64,000 bases of DNA from an uncultured Actinomycetes bacterium (GCA_963704725.1 OY969934.1:3040001-3104000); one strand, 5' to 3'; counted from the first letter of the stretch, positions 45,936-55,207 are shown. Notes: generated by a model not told the origin, from the sequence alone. A program made the numbers and translations.

Positions 45936-46649
45936 CTACGTCGGGAAGTGAATCGCGACCGGCTGACCGTTCAACCCGGTCTCGGGCGGATCCGGAAACG
46001 ACCCGAACCTGCTCGTGGAAACCGCCCATGCACTCCAGGCCATCGCCGCCGCGTCCATCACGTCGTCCGCGTTCGCTTCGCCGGCCGAGACGAGGAGATC
46101 CGGTAGCTCGATCCCGATCGCCTGGAGGGCCGTCCGGCGCTTGTGGAGCCCGTTCCAGCTCTTCTTCCTGGACGACGTGGGACCCGTTGCCGGGTCGCTC
46201 CACGAACCCAGCTTGCGGAAGGTCACCTCGGGATGCCCCTCGAGGATGCGCGGCTCGGAGCTCGCGAGGGCGCGCACCTCCATGATCTTTGGCGCAAGCG
46301 CGAACGCCTGTCGTGAGATGCCGACTCCGCAGGTGGCCCTCATGAGGCTCACCGCCTCCCCGTACGAAGGAGTGTCGAGGACCGCGGCGGGCGGCGCCGG
46401 GAAGACGCTCGACGATGCGCGCCAGCTCTGCAGGAACGCGCGCGCTTGGCGATCCGCCATCCTCGGATACGCCACGTCCCCGTCGCCGGGAAGCCCGATC
46501 GGGATGTCGATCACGATCCGCGGAGCCTCTGACCAGCGCTCCAGCGCCGCCGCTGCCGTGGAGAGAAGGACCGCCTCCAGGAGTTCGCCGTCCTGCAGGG
46601 CGACCCCCACCCAGCCGTCCCTGCATGCGTCGAGCCCGGCGACCAGCAT
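45936..46649 (-). CDS. DUF429 (RNase H-like predicted nuclease)
   Basis: GLDACRDGW, IDIPIGL, EGHPEVTF, DDVMDAAA. Confidence 0.88.
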   Translation of the reverse strand: MLVAGLDACRDGWVGVALQDGELLEAVLLSTAAAALERWSEAPRIVIDIPIGLPGDGDVAYPRMADRQARAFLQSWRASSSVFPAPPAAVLDTPSYGEAVSLMRATCGVGISRQAFALAPKIMEVRALASSEPRILEGHPEVTFRKLGSWSDPATGPTSSRKKSWNGLHKRRTALQAIGIELPDLLVSAGEANADDVMDAAAMAWSAWAVSTSRFGSFPDPPETGLNGQPVAIHFPT

Positions 46650-46745
46650 CGTCGAGCGATCCTAGCTCCCGTTCACCGTGTGGCCGCCCCGATCGTCAAT
46701 CGAGGCTCTCTTCTTGCCGATACCCATCGCACGGAGGCGGGCAGC

Positions 46746-47609
46746 GTGCCAAAGGCCAGGAAGACGGACTGGTATGACGACCTGACGGCCATCTTCTCCG
46801 TAACCCCTGTCTGGCTCCCGCTGCTCCTCGCAATCACCTCCTGGCTCGTTGTTCCTATTCTCGGAGACCGGCTGCCAGGCGGTGACGAGTGGGCCGACGT
46901 GTGGACGATCGGCACCCGCCTGGGATCGGTGCTCTTCATCGTCGCGGGGATCGCCGGCCAAGTGCAGAAGCTGCGTCGTCGGAGGCTGATCGCCCGGGCC
47001 CATTCGATGGACGGCCTGCGAGCGCTCTCGTGGAGAGGGTTCGAGGAGCTGTGCGCGGAGGCGTACCGACGCAAAGGCCATGCCGTCACGGAAACGGCCC
47101 GAGGGGCGGACGGTGGAGTAGACCTCGTGCTCGGCCGCGGTTCTGACCGAGTCTTCGTCCAATGCAAGCATTACGCCGATCGCTCCGTCGGCGTGAGACC
47201 CGTGCGCGAGCTCTATGGCGTGATGGCCGCGGAGGGGGCGCGAGCCGGCATCGTGATCACTTCAGGGTCCTTCACCCACCAAGCGATGGACTTCGCGCGC
47301 GGCAAGCCGCTGACTCTGGTCGATGGACGGAAGACCCTCGAACTCGTCGAGGGCGTAAGCCCGTCCAGAGTCGACACTGACACTGATCGCGCGTTCGATC
47401 CGCATCCACCCGCGCCCGTCCTGCTGCCGCCGCCGCCTCAACCCTTCGAAACGGGCGCAGCGGGCCGGCCTCGACCCACGGCCTCGGGAGATCGCTGCAA
47501 GTGCGGAGGGACTGTCGTCGATCGGAAACGAGGTTCGGACGGAGCCCCATTCCTGGGATGCTCGCGGTTCCCGGCCTGTCGACGCATGTGGGCCCATCCG
47601 GCTCGCTGA
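46746..47609 (+). CDS. Membrane-anchored Mrr-like restriction endonuclease with C-terminal Zn ribbon
   Basis: 2 TM, FEEL, DGGVDL, VQCKHY, VRELYG, CKCGG...FLGCSRFPAC; RBS GGAGG. Confidence 0.88.
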   Translation: MPKARKTDWYDDLTAIFSVTPVWLPLLLAITSWLVVPILGDRLPGGDEWADVWTIGTRLGSVLFIVAGIAGQVQKLRRRRLIARAHSMDGLRALSWRGFEELCAEAYRRKGHAVTETARGADGGVDLVLGRGSDRVFVQCKHYADRSVGVRPVRELYGVMAAEGARAGIVITSGSFTHQAMDFARGKPLTLVDGRKTLELVEGVSPSRVDTDTDRAFDPHPPAPVLLPPPPQPFETGAAGRPRPTASGDRCKCGGTVVDRKRGSDGAPFLGCSRFPACRRMWAHPAR

Positions 47610-48446
47610 CGGCCTCGCGAACGTCGGCGTGGCCGACCCGCCGTGCTCGTCTCGATGACTCGGAACGCCGTCGAGCAGAGCGACGTGGGCACGACGACGA
47701 TCGGGTTCGGCGACGACTTCGACGAGGACCTGCTGACGGCCATGGCGGACGCCGGCCGCGGCAACGCCCACTACGCGCCGACGCCGGAGGCCGCTCCCGC
47801 CATCTTCGCCCGGGAGTTCGAGGACCTGGTGAGCCTGGTCGCCCAGAACGTGAGCGTCGAGATCCGGCCGACGCACGAGGTGCAGGTGCTCGGCGTGCTG
47901 AACGCGTTCCCCGTCGTCCCCGTCTCGGGCGGGCTCCAGGTCGACCTCGGCGACGCCTACGCCGACGAGACCCGGCGCGTCGTGTTCGAGCTCCACGTGC
48001 CGTCGCTGGCCTCGCTCGGCGTCCGGACCGTGGCCGACGTCGTCCTGCGACACACAGCCATCGGCGACGAGATCGCCCACCACGAGGTGACGATCCCGCT
48101 CGTCGTGAACCTCGTGAGCGCCGACGAGGCCGCGGCGGCGACTGCGGACGCCGAGCTCACCGAGGAGGTCGTGATCCTGCGGTCGGCCCGGGCGCAGGAG
48201 CAGGCCCGCGAGCACGCCGATCGCGGCGAGCTCGAGCAGGCCCGCAAGCTCCTGTCGGAGGCCGCGGACGAGCTCCGACGGATCGCGCCTGCCTCGGCCA
48301 AGGCGGACGAGCTCCTCGAGCAGGCCGAGACGCTCGACGTCAACGTCGCTTCCATGAGCGAGCCCGCCTACGACCCGAGCACGCGGAAGACGATGCGCTT
48401 CCAGTCGCGCTCGAGGAGCCAGGGGCGGAAGCGACCCGAGGCGTGA
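47608..48446 (+). pseudogene. Second copy of the vWA gene: 3' part with intact C-terminus
   Basis: 47608-48255 is a close, non-identical direct repeat of 41332-41981. Confidence 0.9.
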
Positions 48447-48490
48447 CCACCTCCTTCGAGTCCGTTCGGACAGGACACCCTCGGCGACGG

Positions 48491-48512
48491 TGTCAGAGGG
48501 TGCGCATACGGT
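48491..48512 (+). promoter_or_regulatory. PafBC/RecA-NDp-type promoter
   Basis: TGTCAG-N10-TACGGT, 9 nt before ATG 48522. Confidence 0.7.
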
Positions 48513-48521
48513 TTCGACTTC

Positions 48522-48802
48522 ATGATCGAATCGAAGGGGATCCGTTCGCTTGACGTCATCCGTGACGAGGTGCGAGCCGAGCGCGCGCGGCGCAACTCGG
48601 GAGCACCGACCTCAGGCCGTTTCGCGACAAATACCTGGCAGCCGAACCTGCCTTCGCGAGGCTGCGACTCCTCGATACGCACATCGATATGGCCGAACGG
48701 ATGGCTGAAGTCATCCAGCACAAGGCGAGGTCCCTGAAGTTGGCCATGGCGGCGCTCGCCATGGCGATCTTGCTGATCGCCGTCGGTCTGGGTCTACACT
48801 GA
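48522..48802 (+). pseudogene. Internally deleted paralogue of the TM gene at 42010
   Basis: SLDVIRDEV...RFRDKYL...VIQHKARSLKLAMAALAMAILLIAVG*; central TMs missing. Confidence 0.5.
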
Positions 48803-48819
48803 GGTCACGAGGAGGAGTC

Positions 48820-48975
48820 ATGGAGAAGGAGCCCGAGCCGCCCCGGGATCAGCCGGCTGTTGCGCCTGAGTCTCCTCCGCCGTTCGCACCCGACCCGGAC
48901 ATCGTGACCCTTCGCGAACGAGAGGCGAAGGACCCGAAGGCCATTTGGCGCGAAACCCACCCCAAACCGCGCTGA
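48820..48975 (+). CDS. 51-aa Pro-rich charged peptide
   Basis: RBS GAGGAGGAG; MEKEPEPPRDQPAVAPESPPPFAPDPDIVTLRERE... Confidence 0.65.
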   Translation: MEKEPEPPRDQPAVAPESPPPFAPDPDIVTLREREAKDPKAIWRETHPKPR

Positions 48976-49072
48976 CGTTCGACGAGACCACCCGCCGCCT
49001 CGGTCAATTGGCAACACTCCGCTGAATGCTCGTACCCGCCGGCCTGCAGCTCGAGCTCGTTGCCGCGCCCGC

Positions 49073-49144
49073 GCAAGCCCGCAAGCTCCTGTCGGAGGCC
49101 GCAGACGAGCTCCGCCGGACTCGCGTCGGCCTCGGCCGAGGCCG
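49073..49144 (+). repeat. Third, short vWA fragment
   Basis: Matches about 48236-48306 (GCCCGCAAGCTCCTGTCGGAGGCCGC.GACGAGCTCCG). Confidence 0.85.
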
Positions 49145-49152
49145 AATCTGGG

Positions 49153-49179
49153 ACCATATGAAACAGCATATGGTAACCT
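49153..49179 (+). promoter_or_regulatory. Palindromic TA operator and -10
   Basis: ACCATATG-N6-CATATGGT overlapping TAACCT; leaderless ATG 49187. Confidence 0.7.
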
Positions 49180-49186
49180 GCCGGAC

Positions 49187-49447
49187 ATGGTACGGAAGCA
49201 GGTCCTCGTCCAGCTCGACGACGCCCTGGTGGCCTCCCTCGATCACCGAGCCGGCGAGGCCGGGATGAGCCGCAGCGAGTTGATCCGGGTGGCGGTCGCG
49301 ACGCATCTTCGCGACCTCGAGTTGGAAGAGGCCGATCGGGCTGCGATCGAGGCCTACCGCAGCGCACCCGAGGACTCGCGCGAGCTCCCCGCCCTCGATC
49401 ACCTCGCGGCCGAGGTCCTCGCCGAGGAGGACTGGTCCGAGTCGTGA
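49187..49447 (+). CDS. RHH antitoxin (MazE-like role)
   Basis: KQVLVQLD...SRSELIRVAV. Confidence 0.85.
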   Translation: MVRKQVLVQLDDALVASLDHRAGEAGMSRSELIRVAVATHLRDLELEEADRAAIEAYRSAPEDSRELPALDHLAAEVLAEEDWSES

Positions 49448-49764
49448 ACCGAGGGGAGCTTCACTGGGCCCACCTCCCCGAGGGCTTCGGCCGACGGCCG
49501 GTGGTGGTCCTGTCTCGCGACGTCGTGATCTCCTTGCGGGATCGGGTGACGGTCGCACCGATCTCACGAACGATCCGCGAGATCCGCAGTGAGGTGCCGG
49601 TCGGCGCCCGGGAGGGCCTTGCGTACGACTCCGTCGTCAACACCGACGAGATCCTCACGATCCCCAAGCGGCGGCTCGACCCGGACCCTCTCGGCGCGCT
49701 CGGGCCGGTGAAGCTGCGAGAGCTCGCGGCCGCGATCCACTACGCCCTCGACCTTCGGGACTGA
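49444..49764 (+). CDS. mazF: PemK/MazF toxin
   Basis: MNRGELHWA, RRPVVVLSRD, VAPIS, SVVNTD. Confidence 0.9.
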   Translation: MNRGELHWAHLPEGFGRRPVVVLSRDVVISLRDRVTVAPISRTIREIRSEVPVGAREGLAYDSVVNTDEILTIPKRRLDPDPLGALGPVKLRELAAAIHYALDLRD

Positions 49765-49828
49765 AGGGCGTCCGAAGGATCGAACACTCCGCCTCGATGC
49801 CGACGCACCGTGATGCTATGATGCCGTC

Positions 49829-50059
49829 GTGCCGAAGGTCCGAACGACCCTGACGATCGACGAGGAGGTTCTTCGCGCCGTGCGGGTGGCGGCGGCCAGG
49901 ACCGGTCGCCGAGACAGCGAGGTGATCGAGGAGGCCCTGCGACGGGAGCTGGGCCTCGACCTCCTCGAGCGGCTCTGGGCTCGCAACGACATGCCCGAGG
50001 ACGAGGCGACCACCCTCGCCGTCGAGGCGCAGCACGCCACCCGCCGGCGCCGGCGCTGA
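49829..50059 (+). CDS. RHH antitoxin
   Basis: RTTLTIDE...SEVIEEALR; TATGAT -10, leaderless. Confidence 0.85.
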   Translation: MPKVRTTLTIDEEVLRAVRVAAARTGRRDSEVIEEALRRELGLDLLERLWARNDMPEDEATTLAVEAQHATRRRRR

Positions 50060-50061
50060 CG

Positions 50062-50475
50062 GTGCGGGCCGTACTCGACCCGAACGTCCTCATTTCCGCG
50101 CTCCTGTCCCCACACGGTGCTCCAGCGAGGATCCTGCTCTCCTGGCTGCTGGGGGAGTTCGAGCTCATCGTCTGCCCTCGCCTCCTCGACGAGGTCGAGC
50201 GCGCGCTCGGGTATCCCAAGCTGCGACGCAGGATCGACCCGGAGGACACTCGCCGGTTCGTGGACCTGATCGCCGCGAGGGCCGTGTCGGCGCCGGACCC
50301 GGAAGACCCGCCGTCGGTACGTTCTCGCGATCCGGACGATGACTACCTGATCGCGCTCGCCGCGCAGGAGCGGGCCGTGATCGTCTCCGGGGACGGTCAC
50401 CTCCTCAATCTCGAGGGTGAGATCCCGGTGTTCACGCCCGCGTCGTTCCTGGAGCGATTCAGCCATTCGCCATAG
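50062..50475 (+). CDS. PIN domain toxin
   Basis: AVLDPNVLIS, RDPDDDYL, SGDGHLL. Confidence 0.92.
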   Translation: MRAVLDPNVLISALLSPHGAPARILLSWLLGEFELIVCPRLLDEVERALGYPKLRRRIDPEDTRRFVDLIAARAVSAPDPEDPPSVRSRDPDDDYLIALAAQERAVIVSGDGHLLNLEGEIPVFTPASFLERFSHSP

Positions 50476-50522
50476 GCAACTCCTCGTCGACGGGTAGACA
50501 CCTCTGTCTCGAACGAGGTGGT
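50476..50522 (+). repeat. Stub of a HepT/DUF86 gene
   Basis: Similar to 55918-55963 (...CTCGAACGAGGTGGT). Confidence 0.65.
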
Positions 50523-50530
50523 CCGACCGT

Positions 50531-50917
50531 TCAGACTCGGACGACCTGGAGGCCCGGGACGTCGACGTAGTCCTCGTCCTGGGTCACGACGGGGACGTCC
50601 AGCGCCATCGCCGTGGCGGCGATCCAGGAGTCGTTCACCGGCATCCGCTGCCCGCTGTCACGGAGAAGGACTCGGAGCCGCGCCCATGAATCGGCGATCG
50701 CGGTGTCGATCGGGATCGGCTCCAGACCGAGGGCATGCGTCAACGTCTCGAGCCGTCGATCTCGAGTCTCGACGTCGCGCGCGACCAGGACGCCGGCCCG
50801 AAGCTCGCCGATCGTGACGACGGAAACGCCGATCTCGTCGGGGAGCAGCTCGTCGCGGATCGCTCGGCGCGATTCCCGCGCCACGAACACTGAGGTGTCG
50901 GCGACGCCCCGGCTCAC
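50531..50917 (-). CDS. vapC: VapC toxin
   Basis: ADTSVF, VTIGEL, NDSWIAATA, VTQD. Confidence 0.92.
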   Translation of the reverse strand: MSRGVADTSVFVARESRRAIRDELLPDEIGVSVVTIGELRAGVLVARDVETRDRRLETLTHALGLEPIPIDTAIADSWARLRVLLRDSGQRMPVNDSWIAATAMALDVPVVTQDEDYVDVPGLQVVRV

Positions 50918-51168
50918 GGCTCGCGAAGGTCGTCCGTCGTGTCCGGCGCCAGCTCGGCGAGGTCCTCGCGGAGACCCGGATCGGCCTGATGGGCGGCGAT
51001 CCGGCGGGCGAACTCCTCTCGGGGGAGCCAGCGGGGCCGGCGTCCAACGGGCTGCAGCACCGCCACGGGGCGGCCACCGACGGTGATCGTGACGGCCTCC
51101 CCCGCCTCCACCCGCGCAAGCACCGACCTCGTGTTGTTCCTCAGCTCTCTGGACGCCACGTCCGACAT
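50914..51168 (-). CDS. Phd/YefM antitoxin
   Basis: RELRNNT..VL.RVEAGE..TITVGGRPVAVL. Confidence 0.9.
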   Translation of the reverse strand: MSDVASRELRNNTRSVLARVEAGEAVTITVGGRPVAVLQPVGRRPRWLPREEFARRIAAHQADPGLREDLAELAPDTTDDLREP

Positions 51169-51262
51169 GCGACGATCGTAGCACAGGTGCACCGCCGGCT
51201 TCGAGGGTTGACCCGTTCGATCACTCCCAGCACCTCGAGCTCGCCTCCTGGACCCGCAGTAG

Positions 51263-51511
51263 ATGCTCAAAGCCGGGCGGGCCGCGAGCGGGGGCGGCCA
51301 CGTCGCGGTGGGCGACGTCGTTCAGACCCAGTTCGGCAACACGTTCGCGCCGTTTCATCGCCTGCGGCGGGACCGCAACAGGAGGGAGTATCCAGACGCT
51401 CTCACGCCGACCATCACGCACGAGGACGCCGATTACGCGATCTCCACTTCGGACACACTGGTGGAGGCTGCCAGGAAGCTCTTGGACGCGGGACAGCTCG
51501 ACGCGTTCTAG
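51263..51511 (+). pseudogene. C-terminal fragment of a HEPN-domain protein
   Basis: GGHVAV...LRRDRNRREY; 5' part missing. Confidence 0.6.
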
Positions 51512-51547
51512 CCCCACGATCGCCCACCACCACGACAGGACCCGGGC

Positions 51548-52705
51548 TCAGCCCCCGATCCTGGCAAGCCCTTCGGGCGCCCGGTGCAGGCGCTCGGCAC
51601 CCTCTCGCGTCACGAGGATGAGCTCGCCGGTCTGGACCCCGGCGCGCCCGTCGGGCGTGACGACGTTCGGCTGGACCACGACCGTCATGCCCGCGCGAAA
51701 GGTCATGTCCGGCGGGGGCTCGAGCGTCCGGCTCCTGCTCCCCAGCACCGGCGGGAGGTAGCCGCCGACGAAGCCGTGCACCAGGTCGTCGACGGTCGTG
51801 AAGCCGGCCTCCTCGATCACCGAGGCGGCCTCGATCGCCTCGCCGACGGGCGCCCCGTCCCGCAGGACGCCCAGCACCGCGTCGAACGCCGCCTGGGCCA
51901 CGTCGTGCAGCTCGCGGACCAGCGCCGTCGGGTCGGCGGCGATCGTGAAGGTGCGAAGGACCTGGCCCGGGTGGTCCCAGAAGGACGCGCTCAGCTCCGT
52001 CACCAGCAGATCGCCCTCGCGGAGCCGGCGGGTGGAGGGGTACTGGGCCGGGACGGCGCTCGAGGGCTCGTCCATCGACGTGACGCCGAAGTAGTGGATG
52101 TGGTTCACGCCGCCCGCCGCGAGGTACGCGCCTTCGACGATCGCGGCGAGGTCGCGCTCCGTGATGCCCGGGACCACGTCGCGCCGGAGGGCCTCGATCG
52201 ACCGGTCGGACAGCTCGGCGCCGACGCGGACCCATTCGAGCTCCTCGTCGGACTTGACCAGCCGAAGCTCGGTGGCGGCCGCGCCCAGGTCGACGACGCG
52301 GCCGCAGGCAGCGGCCAGCGCGCCGTGCTGCCCGGCGGTGATCGGGCCGACCACCCCCACGCCGTCCGAGTTCCGCGCGGCCAGGATTTCGGCGGCCGTC
52401 CCGATCGTGGACGGGCCGCCCCACCGGACGTCGGCGTCCCGGGCCAGGACGCGCGCGTTGGGCACGTGGTTGTGGAACTGCACGAGCAGCACGTCGCGCT
52501 CGCCCGGCGTGACCACCGCCGCCGTCTCGCGCGTCACCGGCCACCCCGTGATCCACTGCACCGCCGAGCCGAAGCGGTTGGCGCCGTACAGGAGCGCATG
52601 CCGGACGCCGCGCTCGTCCATCACCGCCTCGAGGGCCGAGCGCCGGCGGGCCATCTCGGCGTCCGAGAACCGCGGATAGCCCTCCGGGGTCTCCAGGATC
52701 GCCAC
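51548..52705 (-). CDS. M24 family peptidase/creatinase-like protein
   Basis: RLVKSDEEL, pita-bread fold signatures, LVHG, GMTVVVQP; leaderless. Confidence 0.85.
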   Translation of the reverse strand: MAILETPEGYPRFSDAEMARRRSALEAVMDERGVRHALLYGANRFGSAVQWITGWPVTRETAAVVTPGERDVLLVQFHNHVPNARVLARDADVRWGGPSTIGTAAEILAARNSDGVGVVGPITAGQHGALAAACGRVVDLGAAATELRLVKSDEELEWVRVGAELSDRSIEALRRDVVPGITERDLAAIVEGAYLAAGGVNHIHYFGVTSMDEPSSAVPAQYPSTRRLREGDLLVTELSASFWDHPGQVLRTFTIAADPTALVRELHDVAQAAFDAVLGVLRDGAPVGEAIEAASVIEEAGFTTVDDLVHGFVGGYLPPVLGSRSRTLEPPPDMTFRAGMTVVVQPNVVTPDGRAGVQTGELILVTREGAERLHRAPEGLARIGG

Positions 52706-52760
52706 CGGCGCATCGTAGGCGAGGCCGAGGCAACCGCGTCGTCGCGATCCTGACCTTACG

Positions 52761-52782
52761 TGTCGGTGGCACGACCTATGGT
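52761..52782 (+). promoter_or_regulatory. PafBC/RecA-NDp-type promoter
   Basis: TGTCGG-N10-TATGGT, 7 nt, ATG 52790 (exact consensus). Confidence 0.75.
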
Positions 52783-52789
52783 TCGCTGC

Positions 52790-53074
52790 ATGAATCAAGA
52801 GTTCGTTGTGGGCGAGCCGGTCGACGTGTTGCTGCGGGCGTTCTCCGACTTCACCTGGAAGCTGAGGCCGGACGGCGGGTTCAGGATCTCGGCTCAACTC
52901 GATCGTGAGCTGGCGGATCCCCTCGTCCGCGCCCTCATGCGCATCGAAGCCGAGCTCCTCGCCGAGGACGCCGATCTGATCGGCACGTCCGATACCGCCC
53001 TCCGCACCCCCGAACAGCGGCGCGCGGACGCCCTCGTGGCTCTGGGGCTTCGTGTGGTCGATGCGCGGCGGTGA
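52790..53074 (+). CDS. 94-aa protein resembling the DUF222 core
   Basis: DGGFRISAQLD...RTPEQRRADAL, compare GMVRTDGELD...RTPAQRRADAL at 54.5 kb. Confidence 0.7.
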   Translation: MNQEFVVGEPVDVLLRAFSDFTWKLRPDGGFRISAQLDRELADPLVRALMRIEAELLAEDADLIGTSDTALRTPEQRRADALVALGLRVVDARR

Positions 53075-53154
53075 CGAGCGTTCGTCGGCCGGAGTCACCG
53101 GCCTTACCCGATGCTCGGCTTGCTATCTCGCTGCAATCGCAGCATAATGCATGC

Positions 53155-53388
53155 ATGACCTCGATCACGATCAGAGATGTGCCCGATGAGGTTCGCGACG
53201 AGCTCGCTGCTCGCGCGGCAAGGGCGGGCCGCTCGCTCCAGGAACACCTCCGACTCGAGTTGATCGAGCTCGCCCGGAAGCCATCGCTCGACGATCTGCT
53301 CGCGCGCGTTCGCGAGCGCAAGGCGGCCACACAGTCTCGCCTCCCCGCCCGGCGGATCCTCGCGCACCGCGACGCCGACCGACGATGA
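53155..53388 (+). CDS. FitA-like RHH antitoxin
   Basis: SITIRDVPDEV...RAARAGRSLQEHL. Confidence 0.88.
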   Translation: MTSITIRDVPDEVRDELAARAARAGRSLQEHLRLELIELARKPSLDDLLARVRERKAATQSRLPARRILAHRDADRR

Positions 53389-53795
53389 CGCTGGTCGTCG
53401 ACGCCAGCGCCGTGGTGGCCGCGCTCGTCGACGGCGGACCTGCCGGTCGATGGGCGGAGTCCATGCTCACGGACGACGCGCTCGCCGCGCCGCATCTCAT
53501 GCCGGTGGAGGCGGCCAACATCCTCCGCCGGGGGCTCCTGCATCGCGATCTGTCCGCCGACACGGCGGCGCTCGCTCACGACGACCTCGTCAACCTGCGG
53601 ATCGAGATGTTCCCGTACGAGCCTCTCGCCGGGCGAGTCTGGGAGCTCCGCGACACCCTCACCGCCTACGACGGCTGGTACGTCGCCTTGGCCGAGTCGC
53701 TCGGCGCACCACTTGTCACGCTGGACCGCCGTCTGGCGCGGGCGCACGGGCCGAGGTGCTCGTTCCGCGTCCCGCCCTCGCGTGCGACACGGTGA
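53385..53795 (+). CDS. vapC: VapC toxin
   Basis: VVDASAV, TAYDGWYVALAE, VTLDRRL. Confidence 0.92.
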   Translation: MTLVVDASAVVAALVDGGPAGRWAESMLTDDALAAPHLMPVEAANILRRGLLHRDLSADTAALAHDDLVNLRIEMFPYEPLAGRVWELRDTLTAYDGWYVALAESLGAPLVTLDRRLARAHGPRCSFRVPPSRATR

Positions 53796-53851
53796 CCTCG
53801 TAGACCGGTTTCTCGATGTCGCGCCCGGCGGCGCAGGCCGGCGATGAGCGA

Positions 53852-53927
53852 GTCGGCGACGCCCCGGGTTCCGGCTCGCGAGGGTCGTCCGTCATGTCCG
53901 GCGCCGGCTCGGCGAGGTCCTCGCGGA
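53852..53927 (-). repeat. Stub of the Phd-VapC junction
   Basis: Diverged copy of 50897-50972. Confidence 0.85.
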
Positions 53928-53946
53928 CCAACGCCCGCGCCCGGAG

Positions 53947-53984
53947 TGTCACACCCTCGCGATAGGGTTCCGAACATGTGTTCG
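53947..53984 (+). promoter_or_regulatory. PafBC-type promoter plus LexA (SOS) box over the start codon
   Basis: TGTCAC-N10-TAGGGT; CGAAC-ATGT-GTTCG at 53971-53984. Confidence 0.8.
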
Positions 53985-55145
53985 CCGACCCCGGACCCTC
54001 GCTCGCTATCGGATGCCGAGCTCGTGCTGCACCTGGATCGGGTCGAGCGCTCGGCTCGCGCGATCGAGGCGGATCGCGCGAGCTCGCTAGCCGAGATCGA
54101 GCGCCGAGGCGTCCACGCGGCGGATGGCCAGCTCTCGGCCGCGGCGTGGGTCGCGCGACGGCACGGTCTGTCGCAGGCTGCGGCCGAGGCGCAGGTGCGG
54201 GTGGCCCGGGCGCTGGGGGACATGCCGCTCGTGGCCGAGGCCCTGTCGCGAGGTGAGATCTCGACCGCCGCCACGGACGCGTTGGTCCGCGCGCGAGATG
54301 CGGCGCCGGAGGCGTTCGCTCGCGTGGAAGGGAGCTTGGTCGAGTCCGCTCGGTCGCTTCCGCACCGGGACCTTCGAGCCGAGCTCGAACGGTGGCGGCT
54401 GGAGGTCGACGCCGATCGGGCGGCCCGGGACGAGCAGGAGCGGTTCGCACGCCGGCGGTTCACGGCCGTCGCGGCCTCAGGCGGCATGGTCCGCACGGAC
54501 GGAGAGCTCGACCCGGAGAACGGTCAGTACCTCATCACCGCCCTTCGCGCCAAGGTGGACGCCTGGGCTCGCGGGCGGACCGAGGACCTGCGGACCCCGG
54601 CTCAGCGCCGCGCCGACGCGCTCGGCGAGATCTGCCGCGAGTGGCTCGACCTGGCCGAGCGACCCGGCCTCGGTGGCGAGCGCCCCCACGTCGTGGTGAC
54701 GATGGATCTTGCGGCGCTCCAGGCTCGCGCGGGCGGCCGGGCGTCGCTCGAGGATGTCGGCCCGGTCACCGCCGAGGCGGCACGCCGCCTGGCGTGCGAC
54801 GCCTCGGTCACGAGGGTGATCACCGACGCCCGCTCGGTGCCGCTCGAGGTCGGACGAACCACCAAGGTCGTCTCCTCGTCCCTTCGTCGGGCGCTGGCGG
54901 TCCGCGACGGTGGGTGCGCGTTCCCCGGGTGCGAACGACCACCTGGGTGGTGTGACGCCCACCTTGCGAACCACTGGGCCGACGGGGGCGAGACCGGCCT
55001 GTCGAACCTCGTGCTCCTGTGCCGGCCGCACCACCGGGTGATCCATCGAGGGTTCGGCGTGGCGATCGTCGACGGCCTGCCGGTGTTCCGGCGACCCGAC
55101 GGCACCCCGCTCGAGGACCGGAGCCCGCCGCTCGCGGTCGCGTGA
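53976..55145 (+). CDS. DUF222 + HNH endonuclease (REP13E12-like)
   Basis: RTPAQRRADAL, RRLACDA, RDGGCAFPGC, CDAH, NLVLLCRPHH. Confidence 0.92.
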   Translation: MCSPTPDPRSLSDAELVLHLDRVERSARAIEADRASSLAEIERRGVHAADGQLSAAAWVARRHGLSQAAAEAQVRVARALGDMPLVAEALSRGEISTAATDALVRARDAAPEAFARVEGSLVESARSLPHRDLRAELERWRLEVDADRAARDEQERFARRRFTAVAASGGMVRTDGELDPENGQYLITALRAKVDAWARGRTEDLRTPAQRRADALGEICREWLDLAERPGLGGERPHVVVTMDLAALQARAGGRASLEDVGPVTAEAARRLACDASVTRVITDARSVPLEVGRTTKVVSSSLRRALAVRDGGCAFPGCERPPGWCDAHLANHWADGGETGLSNLVLLCRPHHRVIHRGFGVAIVDGLPVFRRPDGTPLEDRSPPLAVA

Positions 55146-55173
55146 TCAACATCGGATCTGGAATCAGAGCGCT

Positions 55174-55201
55174 ATTCGGATCCGAATTCGGACGCTATCA
55201 T
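55174..55201 (+). promoter_or_regulatory. Overlapping palindromes and -10 of a TA operon
   Basis: ATTCGGATCCGAAT and TCCGAATTCGGA; TATCAT 6 nt before ATG 55208. Confidence 0.6.
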
Positions 55202-55207
55202 GAGCCG

